64,000 nt of DNA from Methanobacteriota archaeon (GTDB taxonomy: Archaea; Thermoplasmatota; Thermoplasmata; SG8-5; DAIRED01), in the NCBI GenBank assembly GCA_043799545.1, contig JAZDNO010000006.1, forward strand, positions 32,001-96,000, given 5' to 3'. Positions 18,882 to 28,876 of the stretch are shown piece after piece; position 1 is the stretch's first letter; each line of letters opens with the position of its first letter. The notes beneath the pieces were generated by a model. It was not told where the DNA came from and made no database searches. It worked only from the letters and a program-made list of their open reading frames with translations. The translations under genes were made by a program, and so were the position numbers.

Positions 18882-20024
18882 TCACACTATTCTGTTTACC
18901 TTTATCAGCGCTATCTCGCTCCTCGTCCCCAGCCTCATCGGCGGTCCCCAGGTGCCCGCGCCCGTCGATGTGTAGAGGTGCATCCCCCCACGCTTGTGCA
19001 GACCCCTGTATTCCTTTCCCCAGACGAGCCTGTTGATGCCCGTGAAGGGGAAGAACTGGCCTCCGTGTGTGTGGCCACAGAGCATCAGGTCCACCCCGGC
19101 TGCACGTGCATCCTCCATGCCGTCGGGCTGGTGGAACATCAGGATGACGTACTTCGAAGCGTCTAACGAAATCACGGCTAGTCGCTCCCTCAACTCCGCC
19201 GCGCCGCCGTAGTCCAAGCCGACGACCTGCACGCCGTCGATTGTGACAGCCTCGTTCCGCAATACCCGCACCTTGGTCTTGGCTAGCATCCCCACAACTT
19301 CCTCTATTCCCGCGTAGTACTCGTGGTTGCCAAGGCAGAAAAAGGTTGGCGCGTTCAGCCCGTCCAGCGCGGCGAACGGTTCCTCTTTCGGGTCCATCGG
19401 GCTGTCGGCCAGGTCGCCCGTTATCAGGACCAAATCCGGTTTCGCGTCGTTCGACATCCGGACGAGCTTGCCGAGGCTCTCGGGCCCGTGGGTCGCGCCG
19501 ACGTGTATGTCGCTCATGTGGATGATTCTGAGGTCGCGCTTGAGTTTCCCGGAGGTGATTTCAACCTTCCTCAGGACCACGAAATACGGGACGGCCAGGG
19601 AGACCATCAAGAGCCCGACCGTGCCGACTATGAACGCCGGCGCCGCGTAGGCTCGGTCGTAATCCACGAACCATCCTGATATGTCGAAAATCAACGATGC
19701 GAAGATGAAATAGATGAGGAATCCCAGCCAGGCGGACGCGACAAAGTAATAGCCCTTTGTGGCATGGCAGGACCTGGCGGACCTGAGGCCCATCGCTGCT
19801 ACGAACGAAAGGGATGACAATACCGTGAAAGCCAGGAAGAATAGTCCGTGCCTCAGCCCGAGCATCGCGAAGAGCCTGGTCAGAACGTAGAGATTGAAAA
19901 GGAAGAGCATGCCGAAGAAGAAGATGAAGAAGACCAGGAATCCGAATATCCTGCCTGGGCCCTGCCTGGCCCACGGCGGAGCGTGGGGGTTGTCCGAATC
20001 TTTCTGCGCTTTGTCTTCGCTCAA
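18882..20024 (-). CDS. Membrane-anchored metallophosphoesterase (YkuE-like)
   Basis: Four TM helices followed by SDIHVG, TGDLAD, LGNHE, GHTHGGQ; probable TTG start at 20024, about 25 nt downstream of TTTAAA. Confidence 0.88.
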   Translation of the reverse strand: MSEDKAQKDSDNPHAPPWARQGPGRIFGFLVFFIFFFGMLFLFNLYVLTRLFAMLGLRHGLFFLAFTVLSSLSFVAAMGLRSARSCHATKGYYFVASAWLGFLIYFIFASLIFDISGWFVDYDRAYAAPAFIVGTVGLLMVSLAVPYFVVLRKVEITSGKLKRDLRIIHMSDIHVGATHGPESLGKLVRMSNDAKPDLVLITGDLADSPMDPKEEPFAALDGLNAPTFFCLGNHEYYAGIEEVVGMLAKTKVRVLRNEAVTIDGVQVVGLDYGGAAELRERLAVISLDASKYVILMFHQPDGMEDARAAGVDLMLCGHTHGGQFFPFTGINRLVWGKEYRGLHKRGGMHLYTSTGAGTWGPPMRLGTRSEIALIKVNRIV

Positions 20025-20079
20025 GCGGGCGTTTGAGTGCGCGGGGCGATTTAAAGTTGATGCCGCCTTCGCGGGTTTT

Positions 20080-22071
20080 TCAGGCGAATCCCGTGTATGC
20101 GACAAAGACCGCACCGGCGAAGACGAGCCACGATGTGGCCAGCGACGTGCCAGCTCTCCATTTCAGCTCCACGTCGTCATCTCCGTGCATCAGTCTGGAA
20201 CAGAAATATGATATCGCAAGAACCATCAGCATCAGATAGGCGCCCACCACCCCTGCGAAGAGCCAGACGGGCATCATCTCCACCCCATCGCCAACGTCTG
20301 CGAACGTGCGCGAAAGCAGCGCGAACAGCCCGACGGTCACTCCCATTATCAGCGGCGCGAAGAGGGTCGCCGTATTGCGCATGTTCTCGGAAATGCCGGA
20401 AAGCTGGAGGCGTATCTCGTGGTCGGTCTTCTGCAAGTCGCGAAGATATCCAGAGAAGTCCATCATCATCTTGCCGGCCGTCCGGGGGTCCATCTCCGCG
20501 GACGCAACCACCGAGCGCAAAGTCGCGCGGATGGTCCTTGAACCGATTTGCCGGAGGGCTCCCAACTCCGGGTCGAAGAGCGCCCTCTCAGGCGAGAGGC
20601 CGGACGTTCCCATCGCTCCGCCGATGCCTATGAAAAGCTGGCCAATCTCCGAGCCTTTCATCCTTCCGCCCACGAAGGGGAACGCTGCCTCGAGCGGAAC
20701 CCCCTCCGCGACGCGCCTGCCGAGCTGGAAGAGCGCGTCCGGAAACTCTGCCTCCATGTCCATCATGCGTTTTCGCTCGGCGCGGGCGTGGGATGCGATG
20801 GACACGAGATGGTATCCCGCAGGAATCGATATCGCTCCGAGGGCCAGCAAAGCGGCCGCGAGCAGCTCGCCCTCCGAACCGCCGATGGCGATTGCAAGGG
20901 CAAGCATGGCCAACAGAACGGCAATGGATGCCGGTTTTACGATGCTTGCCTTGCCAGCGGTAACGCGCGCCGGCGATGAGGTGCCAGGCCTCCGTCCTAT
21001 CACATAATAGGCATAGGCGAAGGCGAGACCGGGGAAGGCTACATCCATCAACAAGACCGTGACGACCGCGGTGGCGCGCGGGTCGCCCCCTGTGGATAGG
21101 CCCTGTCCGAGGTTGGAGACGTCGAGCGTTCCGACGGCCATCATCGGAAGCATGGAACCCACGACCAGGGGGAGGAGGATGCCGAGCGCGAAAAGTATTG
21201 TTGAGGGGCCCGAAAGCCCGGCCGCGAACTCCTCGATTCTCCGGCGGGTGCCGGATAGCGCCGACTCCGTTGCCTTTCCGAGAACTCGCTCCCTGCCTTC
21301 CTTGCTCTTTTCCGAGACGGCACCCCTGATTGAATAGAGAGCCATCTTCAGCTCCTCGCCGTCGCCGGACCATTCGGCGGCAAAATCCATGAACGATTCA
21401 TCGACGCTGAGGCTCTGCCTGGTCTCCACGTTCCAAATGATCTTCCTGAGCGCGCTCGACAGCGGCTCCTCCCCGTTCTCGGCGGCGAACTTGACTGCCC
21501 TCTCGAGCGAGGGCACGAGGTTGAGCGACATCGCCATGTAGCACACTGTCTCGGGGCTTTTGCCAAGCGAACGGAGCCTGAGCCTTTTCGCCATGGACAG
21601 CGGATATTGCGCAACGACCATGTAGAGTCCGAGCGCTCCCAGCGCCCCGCATGAGAAGACTATTGGCAATTGCCCAACGACGTTCCAACCCATGGCGAAA
21701 AAGACGAGCCATGACGCAAGAACCCCTGCCGCGAACCCGGCGAGCCCCCCCAATACGGCCAAGGCGTCCGCTTCGTGGGGCTCGACGTCCAGACCAAGAA
21801 GCGCAGCGGCCCTGCGAAATCTATCTCTGTGGAGCCGTTCCCGCGCCCCCATCGTTGCGGTTTTCACCCTCTCGAGCCTCCTGGCGGCGTCCGCATATTC
21901 GCGGCTTGCCGGCCCCCGCAGCTCCTCCGCCCTTGCGACGGCCGAAGAGGCGTCCTGCTCCGCAAGCATGGACTCCCTGAGCCGGGCTTCCAGGTACGAG
22001 CGGCGCCTTTCCATAATGGCCTTGGACGGCCCGAGAATCGTTCCCGCGAAACGCGCGGCGGAAACGAACAA
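20080..22071 (-). CDS. Type II secretion / type IV pilus membrane platform protein (TadC/FlaJ-like, two T2SSF domains)
   Basis: Repeated cytoplasmic domain plus TM hairpins (SLERAVKFAA, EFPDALFQLG..G..LE.A); follows the ATPase; start at 22071 (TTG) or 22014. Confidence 0.75.
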   Translation of the reverse strand: MFVSAARFAGTILGPSKAIMERRRSYLEARLRESMLAEQDASSAVARAEELRGPASREYADAARRLERVKTATMGARERLHRDRFRRAAALLGLDVEPHEADALAVLGGLAGFAAGVLASWLVFFAMGWNVVGQLPIVFSCGALGALGLYMVVAQYPLSMAKRLRLRSLGKSPETVCYMAMSLNLVPSLERAVKFAAENGEEPLSSALRKIIWNVETRQSLSVDESFMDFAAEWSGDGEELKMALYSIRGAVSEKSKEGRERVLGKATESALSGTRRRIEEFAAGLSGPSTILFALGILLPLVVGSMLPMMAVGTLDVSNLGQGLSTGGDPRATAVVTVLLMDVAFPGLAFAYAYYVIGRRPGTSSPARVTAGKASIVKPASIAVLLAMLALAIAIGGSEGELLAAALLALGAISIPAGYHLVSIASHARAERKRMMDMEAEFPDALFQLGRRVAEGVPLEAAFPFVGGRMKGSEIGQLFIGIGGAMGTSGLSPERALFDPELGALRQIGSRTIRATLRSVVASAEMDPRTAGKMMMDFSGYLRDLQKTDHEIRLQLSGISENMRNTATLFAPLIMGVTVGLFALLSRTFADVGDGVEMMPVWLFAGVVGAYLMLMVLAISYFCSRLMHGDDDVELKWRAGTSLATSWLVFAGAVFVAYTGFA

Positions 22072-22084
22072 TCCGTCCGCCGCT

Positions 22085-23926
22085 TCAGAGCCCCGCGCCC
22101 GCGGTCCCTTCAAACCACTGCCTCCATTTGGAATAGACTGCGTCGTAATCCGGCGCGCCAGACATCTGACCCACGAGGTTCCAGAAATGCGTGTTCGACC
22201 TGGCATTCCATTGGGCCCCCGCAAACTCCGCCGAGCGGGACGAGGCAGCCACTAGCGAATGTTTCAGCTTCGCCCTGACCTCCATGTTTCCCAATAGCTC
22301 CGCGTAGGTCATCCCCCATCCAGTTGCTATGGCGGCCATCCTTTCCGAATCCCTCCTCAGGTGCTCCGTCTCGACGAGCGAATCGGCGGCATCGTCGTAT
22401 CGCATCAGCTCCCTGAAAGCCCCGTCGCCGCCTCCGGATTTTACAACCTCCGAGATTGATGTCACGCGCCTCACTTGGCGCTGCCCCCCTCCCGGCCGGA
22501 CGAGCCCGCACACCACGACGATGTCTGTGGCGTTGAATGATTTCGCAGGAATCCCGAGGTCGTAGACGATGCGCTCGTACACGGAAACCGGGGAATTGCC
22601 GTGGATTGTGCCGAGGACGGACGAGCCCGCGCTGCCAGAGCGCATCGCCTCGTAGAGGGTCTTGGCCTCGCGCCCCCTGACCTCGCCGAGAACTATGGCC
22701 GATTCGCCGAGCCTGAGGGAGACCCGGAGCGCGTCGTCGGCCGTCATCTCCTCAGTTCCACCGAGCGTCGACCTTACGAAAAGGCTCTGGACCTTGTATC
22801 CCAGGCGCTGCATCTGAGGTCCCGGGAGCTCTAGCGTGTCCTCGATGGTGAGGATTCGCTGCGTTCGCGGGAATTCGAGCATGAGCGCGCTGAGCAGCGA
22901 GGACTTGCCCGCCCCCCTGCTCCCGGCGATGAGTATAGTCGAGCGCCCATCCACCAGCAGCCAAAGCAGTCCCGCCGCTAGGGGCGTGAGGGAGTTTGCC
23001 CCGATGAGCCTCGGCAGGGTCCACGGCTCAGTCGAATGCCTCCGCAAGGCTATCGCCACGCCGTCAGGGCTCAGGGGCTTGCCGACGACGGTGACTCGCG
23101 TCTTGAATTGCTCCAGGTCCGTTTCCAGAACGGGCATGGCCTCGGAGAACGGCCTGCCGCTGGCCAGCCTCATCCGCGAGAGGACGTTCGTTGCTTCGTC
23201 CTCTGTCAACAGTATGTTGGTGGCGCATTTTCCCGAACCGACGTCGACGGGCATGGGGCCCAGAGCCACGTGAACTGGGATGGCGCCGGCCGGCGCGTCA
23301 ACGTAAACGTCCTGGATGTAGGGGTCTTCGAGCGGGATTTCCAAAACCCCCAGGCCCACCGTATATCGCGCGAGGACGTCGGCGAGCCTAGCAGACAGCG
23401 CGGCCACCTCCGCCAGGCTCGCACCAGCCACGCCGCCCTTTCGCATCAGAATCCTCATGAGGGCCGACTCTGCTAGGCTCCGTGCCCTCTCGCGCCCGAC
23501 TCCACCTGCCGCCTTGGACGCCGTTCCCGGGGGCCTCGCCGCCATCTCCAGCCTCGCCTCGTGAACGAGCCTGTTCTGGTACACGGGCATCCTGAACTCG
23601 TCCGGCGTGACGTGGTAGATGACCTCTCCGGTGTTTGCCACGCGATAAATCCCCACCGTCGCGCCTCCGGCCCGGTACTCAAGAAGCAACGCCCCCTCGG
23701 GCGGCTCGGGCAAGACCCAGGAAGACGAGAAAGACGGCCGCATGCGCCTGCCCTTCGACAGCAGCTTGGCCAGCCCCTTCTCCACCTTTGCGGCATCGAA
23801 GTTCCTGGCCGAGTCATCGACCGAAACGACGCTGCTCTCGCCCCTCGGCTGGATTGTGATGGGCGACCGGATTTGCGCCGCTCTGCCATCCTTTTTCTTT
23901 GGACGCAAGACGACTCCTCCGCTCAA
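22085..23926 (-). CDS. Type II/IV secretion system ATPase (VirB11/CpaF/FlaI family)
   Basis: Walker A GSRGAGKSS, TIEDTLEL, GEVRG.EA, GTIHG; TTG start with GGAGG RBS overlapping the upstream TGA. Confidence 0.9.
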   Translation of the reverse strand: MSGGVVLRPKKKDGRAAQIRSPITIQPRGESSVVSVDDSARNFDAAKVEKGLAKLLSKGRRMRPSFSSSWVLPEPPEGALLLEYRAGGATVGIYRVANTGEVIYHVTPDEFRMPVYQNRLVHEARLEMAARPPGTASKAAGGVGRERARSLAESALMRILMRKGGVAGASLAEVAALSARLADVLARYTVGLGVLEIPLEDPYIQDVYVDAPAGAIPVHVALGPMPVDVGSGKCATNILLTEDEATNVLSRMRLASGRPFSEAMPVLETDLEQFKTRVTVVGKPLSPDGVAIALRRHSTEPWTLPRLIGANSLTPLAAGLLWLLVDGRSTILIAGSRGAGKSSLLSALMLEFPRTQRILTIEDTLELPGPQMQRLGYKVQSLFVRSTLGGTEEMTADDALRVSLRLGESAIVLGEVRGREAKTLYEAMRSGSAGSSVLGTIHGNSPVSVYERIVYDLGIPAKSFNATDIVVVCGLVRPGGGQRQVRRVTSISEVVKSGGGDGAFRELMRYDDAADSLVETEHLRRDSERMAAIATGWGMTYAELLGNMEVRAKLKHSLVAASSRSAEFAGAQWNARSNTHFWNLVGQMSGAPDYDAVYSKWRQWFEGTAGAGL

Positions 23927-24486
23927 TCCGATCCCTCCACTATTCCGTAGGCTTCCCTCAGTATCTCCCGGCAGGATGCGCGGTATTCACTCCAAAGATA
24001 CGCCAGATCCTTCTCCGACGAGTTGTAGCACGATTGGCAGGACGGGGAGGGCGGCCCCCTCAACATGGCGGCGCTTGCCCTGCCGATTGCCACCTGCCCC
24101 GAACCCACCCCTCCCGAGAAGCCAGCGGAGCATTCCGCGAAGAGACGCGATGGATTGAGGCGGCATTCCGCGCAGGCTTTGGAATCCGAGGGCGCGGGTC
24201 GCCCGGCGAGCCTTCGGGCTGCCGTTCCGATGCGTCTCAGTCTCTCCATCGCCTCAAGTCCCGGACCGGCATATTCTGTTTCCAAATAGCCCGCCAGGAC
24301 AATGGAGTCAAGCGACGAAACGTCGGCTATCGCAGACGTGACCCCGCGCCAGCAAACGCGGGATGCCAGATCCGATTCGCGGGCGCAGCCCTTGCAATCG
24401 AATACTGCGCTCAATCCCCCGTGCGACTCTCTCATTTCGACTAGGCAAGACTCGTTTACTCCTTGCGGATGGCCCTTCTTCCCCAT
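23923..24486 (-). CDS. Cys-rich hypothetical protein coupled to the secretion ATPase
   Basis: CKGC...C, CAEC, CQSC motifs; TTGA overlap with the ATPase gene. Confidence 0.65.
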   Translation of the reverse strand: MGKKGHPQGVNESCLVEMRESHGGLSAVFDCKGCARESDLASRVCWRGVTSAIADVSSLDSIVLAGYLETEYAGPGLEAMERLRRIGTAARRLAGRPAPSDSKACAECRLNPSRLFAECSAGFSGGVGSGQVAIGRASAAMLRGPPSPSCQSCYNSSEKDLAYLWSEYRASCREILREAYGIVEGSD

Positions 24487-24579
24487 GGCTCTCGACAGCC
24501 CCCCAATGCATTTTTGTTATAAATTCTTTAGCGCCAGGGAAAGGCATATATCGGGCAAGCCGTTAAGGGAATAGATAAG

Positions 24580-26268
24580 ATGAAGGACGTAAAAGAGCGG
24601 ATAGAAGGCTCCTTTCGATTGATAGCCTTCAGACGCATGAAGAGACGCATCTTTCTGTTGGAAGTCGTGATGCTGCTGATTCTAGCATTCGGGCTCATGG
24701 CAATCATGGGGGCGTCCCTGAACCCGTTCTACATGCCGATGGACTACTTTCTTTTGATGATTTTCGTGCTCCTGATGCTGCTCGTTCCGGAGACGCAGTA
24801 TCTCGGGCTTCTGGAGATTGCCCAGACGAAGAGCAAGAGCGGCAAGTATCTCATGGCCAGGAACAACGTCAGGAACGCCACGGTCGTGATAGTGCTGTGC
24901 GTCATGTTCGTGGTAATGTTCGCGCTGCCCCCGTCGGTCAAGGCCATGGAGAGCGGATACACGGTAAGCGAGACCGTATACGTGAACCCGGGAGACGAAG
25001 CGGTGTTCAATTACACCACGAGGGACTCGATGGGCACCAGGACGGTGATGGACGTAAGGGTTTATGTGGCGGACGCCGTGGGCGGCGACCTGTCGATATA
25101 CCTGCTGCGAGCCGAGGATTACGAAGCTGGCGAGCTCGCCAACCGGGCCAACTACGACTTCTCATGGCACGAAGGCGATACGCTCGTCTACTCGTCAGGG
25201 CAGTGGCACAAGGGTTTCGAGCAATTCGTCATTCAAGCGAACGGCACGAGCCCGGCGGCCAGCGGGAGGATAGAGATAGGGATTACCTACGAATTCTCAG
25301 AGGCCGTGACGAAATACATGCCCCTCCTCGGAATCATTTTCATAGTCGTCGAGGGCCTGACAGTTTCATATTTCCTGCCGATACGGGAGAAGTACGCCTC
25401 CAGCTCGATATTCAGCAAGGACTATGTCGAATCCAAGGACTCCGGCGCTGAAAGGCTGAGCGAGCGCGCGGCGGCCTTGGACAAGGCGCTCAGCGAGGAC
25501 GAGATTGCCAAGGAGGCTGAGCTTTCGGAGACTGCCGTTCCGATGGAGATGCCCGTCGCTGCCGTCGAGGTCAAACTGGGCCAGGCCAGGAAGAAGGGCG
25601 TTCTCGAAGTGGCTGGGGCCGAGGCGAAGGATGTCGCTTGCTCGACGTGCGGCTCGATGAACAGCCCCGACTCTTCGCTGTGCTTTTCGTGCGGAAACGC
25701 GATAGAGGTCAAGCCAACGGTCACGGTTGGACCGGAAGAGCTCATGGAAAAGGGCAGGTCTTTCCTCTCCCGGGGGCGAAACCAGGATGCGATATGGTGC
25801 TTCGACGAGGTGCTAAAGGGGGACCACAAGAACGAGCCCGCCCTGTTCATGAAGGCCAAGGCGCTCGTCGGCGACGGGCGCAGGGAGCTGGCAATCCAAT
25901 ATCTGAACACAGTCATCCAGCTCAACCCCGTCAATCAGGAGGCCCACCTCATGCGCGGGGCGATATTCGAGGGCCTGGAGATGTACGACAAAGCCACGGA
26001 CAGCTATGAGAAAGCGCTGGGCATAGGCCCGAGCGAACTGGCGGCGGCCAAGCTGAAGGAAATGATGGAAGGCGACCGCGAAGACGTCATCAATCAGTTC
26101 ATGACCCTGCCGGGAATAGGCCCCGCGAAGGCCAGCGCACTATTCGATGCGGGGCTCACCAGCGTGGAAGCCCTCAAGGGCGCGAGCCTGGAGAAGCTCT
26201 GCACAATCAAGGGGATAAGCGAGCGCATAGCGAAGAAGCTTCTCAAGGACATGGGCCGCGAAATCTAG
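24580..26268 (+). CDS. Membrane protein with Zn ribbon, TPR repeats and C-terminal helix-hairpin-helix domain
   Basis: Five TM segments, beta-rich loop, CSTCG...CFSCG, about 3-4 TPRs, LPGIGPAKA...IKGISERIA HhH pair. Confidence 0.78.
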   Translation: MKDVKERIEGSFRLIAFRRMKRRIFLLEVVMLLILAFGLMAIMGASLNPFYMPMDYFLLMIFVLLMLLVPETQYLGLLEIAQTKSKSGKYLMARNNVRNATVVIVLCVMFVVMFALPPSVKAMESGYTVSETVYVNPGDEAVFNYTTRDSMGTRTVMDVRVYVADAVGGDLSIYLLRAEDYEAGELANRANYDFSWHEGDTLVYSSGQWHKGFEQFVIQANGTSPAASGRIEIGITYEFSEAVTKYMPLLGIIFIVVEGLTVSYFLPIREKYASSSIFSKDYVESKDSGAERLSERAAALDKALSEDEIAKEAELSETAVPMEMPVAAVEVKLGQARKKGVLEVAGAEAKDVACSTCGSMNSPDSSLCFSCGNAIEVKPTVTVGPEELMEKGRSFLSRGRNQDAIWCFDEVLKGDHKNEPALFMKAKALVGDGRRELAIQYLNTVIQLNPVNQEAHLMRGAIFEGLEMYDKATDSYEKALGIGPSELAAAKLKEMMEGDREDVINQFMTLPGIGPAKASALFDAGLTSVEALKGASLEKLCTIKGISERIAKKLLKDMGREI

Positions 26269-26278
26269 GGGGGCTGGC

Positions 26279-27112
26279 TCAACCGACTGCGCAGCAAACC
26301 GACCGCCTTCCGATGTTCATACCCGACTTCTTCCATGCCTCCATGGACTTTCTAGAAGGATTGACGATGCCCGAGATGCCGAGCTCCATCGCCGCCAGCT
26401 CGAATTCCACCCATCCCCTCGGCCTCATGCAACCGAGGATGACTGACGCATCGGGGAGCGTGGCCCGCGCGGCTCCGATGATGTCGAGGGCTCGGACCGG
26501 GTCGACTGCTCGGTCCTCGAATGCGGTTCCTTTGGTGGGAACGAGGATGTTGAGGACCAGCCTTTCGGTTTTGTATTCATTCAATCTTGCCAGCGCCGCC
26601 AGTTCGCCGCTGTCGGATCCGCCCCTCAGTCCAATGGTCAGGTGCGGCACGACCCTCAGGCCAGTGCCGAGAAGGATTTTGTAAGACTTCCAGTAATCGT
26701 CCACCCGCTTGTCGAGGCCGAAAACCTCCCGAACGGTCTCGTCGCTCCCGAGGACATCGACCGACACGACGCCGGGTTTTACAGCGGCAAGGCCTTTGGC
26801 AAACCCATGGTCGCACAAACCGACGTGGAGGTTTGTCTTCAAGGCCAGCTCGCGTCCGATTCGCTCGACGACCGGGAGAAAAGGACCGAGAGGAACTCTT
26901 CCTTCCACGTCACATCCCCCGCTGACCAGGAGGCCCGTTCCCCCCCGCTCCGCCAGTCGGCGGGCGAACTGCCAAAGCGTCTCCGGGTCGGTAGTTGGGG
27001 ACATGCCCGAGAGGTACTTGCCCGAGCAGTGGGCGCAGTCAAGGCCACATTCCGGGCCAGTGACCGAAACGGCAGGAAAGTTATTGCCTGGTTCGTAGAC
27101 TGTGAGGGCCAT
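26279..27112 (-). CDS. Radical SAM protein, LipS1-like (COG1856 type)
   Basis: CGLDCAHC, LVSGG, PHLTIGL, GCMRP and terminal CC motifs, which I recall as characteristic of archaeal LipS1. Confidence 0.65.
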   Translation of the reverse strand: MALTVYEPGNNFPAVSVTGPECGLDCAHCSGKYLSGMSPTTDPETLWQFARRLAERGGTGLLVSGGCDVEGRVPLGPFLPVVERIGRELALKTNLHVGLCDHGFAKGLAAVKPGVVSVDVLGSDETVREVFGLDKRVDDYWKSYKILLGTGLRVVPHLTIGLRGGSDSGELAALARLNEYKTERLVLNILVPTKGTAFEDRAVDPVRALDIIGAARATLPDASVILGCMRPRGWVEFELAAMELGISGIVNPSRKSMEAWKKSGMNIGRRSVCCAVG

Positions 27113-27186
27113 CGAACACGCAATCCGGTCTGCCTATATCAAACCCGCCGCGAAGGATTATATCCCACCCCGGCGATTTTGGCTCG

Positions 27187-28158
27187 GTGGAAACGATGAA
27201 GGCCATGATATCCGACCTGAAGCCTGGCAGCAGGGTTGGGAGCTACTTCTCAGTGAAGTTAAAGAAAGCGCCGAGGGAATACAAGTACGGCTGGATGTTC
27301 GAGCTCCGCGTCGCGGACTCGAGCGGGGAAATCGCGGCCAAGTACTGGGGTCCACCGAGCCAGGCCGAAGTCCAGAAGGCGTTCGACTCGTTCGCTTCCG
27401 GGGACGTGGTCAGGGTCACCGGAGAGGCGAGAGAGTTCGGGCAGGGAATGGAGATAGGGATAAACCCGAAGAACGGCGACAGCATCACGAGAATGCCGGA
27501 AGGGGAATACGACCTCGAAGACCTAGTCGGAAAGAGCCCAGTTGACCGGAAGGTGATGGTTGAGGAACTGGCGGTCATCGCAGCTTCAGTGAGGGACAAG
27601 CACCTTTCCGCCCTTCTGGACCGATTCTTCGGAAAGGAAGGAATACTGGACTCTTTCTCTTCGGCCCCAGCGTCGATGCAGATGCACTCCAACTACGCCG
27701 GCGGGCTCTTGGAGCACAGCATCAAGGTGGCGCGCATATGCGATGCGATGGCGGGGCAGTATCCCGCGGTCGACAGGGACCTTCTTGTTGCCGGGGCCTT
27801 GCTCCATGACATAGGGAAGGTGCGGGAGATGGAGATTGGAACGAGCATCGAGGTGTCGGACGAGGGGATGTTCCGCGGTCACGTCGTGATAGGCGACGAA
27901 ATGGTAGGGGAAGCGGTGGCGCTTGTCCCGGGATTTCCAAAAATGCTCGGGTTGAAGCTGAGCCACATGATGCTCTCGCACCACGGGAAAAAGGAATGGG
28001 GCTCGCCGAAAGAGCCTCAGACAGCGGAGGCTCTGCTGCTCCACTTCGGCGATATGGCCGATTCCCAGGTGTTCCAGTACCTCCGAGCCAGGGCGGAGGC
28101 GAAAACGGACGACGACTGGGCATGGGACCGGCGCCTGGGGCATATCTATCTGAAATGA
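27187..28158 (+). CDS. yhaM: OB-fold plus HD-domain 3'-5' exonuclease (YhaM/Cbf1 family)
   Basis: N-terminal OB fold (DSSGEIAAKYW), PAS..MHSNYAGGLLEHS, LLHDIGK, SHHG. Confidence 0.85.
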   Translation: METMKAMISDLKPGSRVGSYFSVKLKKAPREYKYGWMFELRVADSSGEIAAKYWGPPSQAEVQKAFDSFASGDVVRVTGEAREFGQGMEIGINPKNGDSITRMPEGEYDLEDLVGKSPVDRKVMVEELAVIAASVRDKHLSALLDRFFGKEGILDSFSSAPASMQMHSNYAGGLLEHSIKVARICDAMAGQYPAVDRDLLVAGALLHDIGKVREMEIGTSIEVSDEGMFRGHVVIGDEMVGEAVALVPGFPKMLGLKLSHMMLSHHGKKEWGSPKEPQTAEALLLHFGDMADSQVFQYLRARAEAKTDDDWAWDRRLGHIYLK

Positions 28159-28216
28159 ACCCCCGATACGCTTTTAAACCCCATCGCTTTACAGAGAGAT
28201 GCCAAGAGGTTGTACG

Positions 28217-28441
28217 ATGAAGGCGTTCAAAGTCACAGGCACGTTCCGGAACAGGCCAGGCATGCAGAAGTTCTCAAAGGAAGTCGCCGCCAAGGGAAAG
28301 GACGAAGCGGTCGAGGCGATTATCTCCGTTATTGGCAGCAAGCACAGGGCCAAGCGGAGGGAGATACTCATCGAGAGCGTTTCAGAGATGAAGAATGACG
28401 ACATCACCGACCAGGTCGTGCTTCACAGGATGCAGTCGTGA
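28217..28441 (+). CDS. rpl18a: 50S ribosomal protein L18Ae/LX
   Basis: MKAFKVTG.F....F.KE.......S.IGSKH...R..I.I. Confidence 0.92.
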   Translation: MKAFKVTGTFRNRPGMQKFSKEVAAKGKDEAVEAIISVIGSKHRAKRREILIESVSEMKNDDITDQVVLHRMQS

Positions 28442-28445
28442 GACC

Positions 28446-28868
28446 ATGGAACAGGCTGAACTAGAGGACAAGCTGGCGCTTCTCGAACAGTACAAGACGC
28501 TTCTCGAGCGGCTGGCCAAACAGGACGAGGGATTGCGGGCCGAACTTGAGGAGCACATGCGCGCCCGAGACACCCTTCAGCGCCTCGACCAGATGAAGAA
28601 GGGCGAGGAACTCCTGGTCCCCATCGGCGCAAACTGCTTCGTATACGCGAGCGTGAAGAATGCCAGGAAGGTCATCAACTCGGTGGGCTCGGGCGTCGCG
28701 GTCGAGGACACGGTCAAGAAGGCCATCGAGCGCCTGGACGATGCGGTAAAGCAGCTCAACGAGGCAGGGCAGAAACTAGCCGAGAGGGTGCAGGAGATGG
28801 ACGGCAAGGCGCGGGAGCTCGCGGCAGAGGTCGACCAGGCATACCAGCAGATGACCCACAAGCACTAG
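28446..28868 (+). CDS. pfdA: Prefoldin subunit alpha
   Basis: Coiled coil flanking ELLVPIGA..FV.A...VI..VGSGVAVE; conserved rpl18a-pfdA-ftsY order. Confidence 0.9.
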   Translation: MEQAELEDKLALLEQYKTLLERLAKQDEGLRAELEEHMRARDTLQRLDQMKKGEELLVPIGANCFVYASVKNARKVINSVGSGVAVEDTVKKAIERLDDAVKQLNEAGQKLAERVQEMDGKARELAAEVDQAYQQMTHKH

Positions 28869-28876
28869 GGGTCCCA

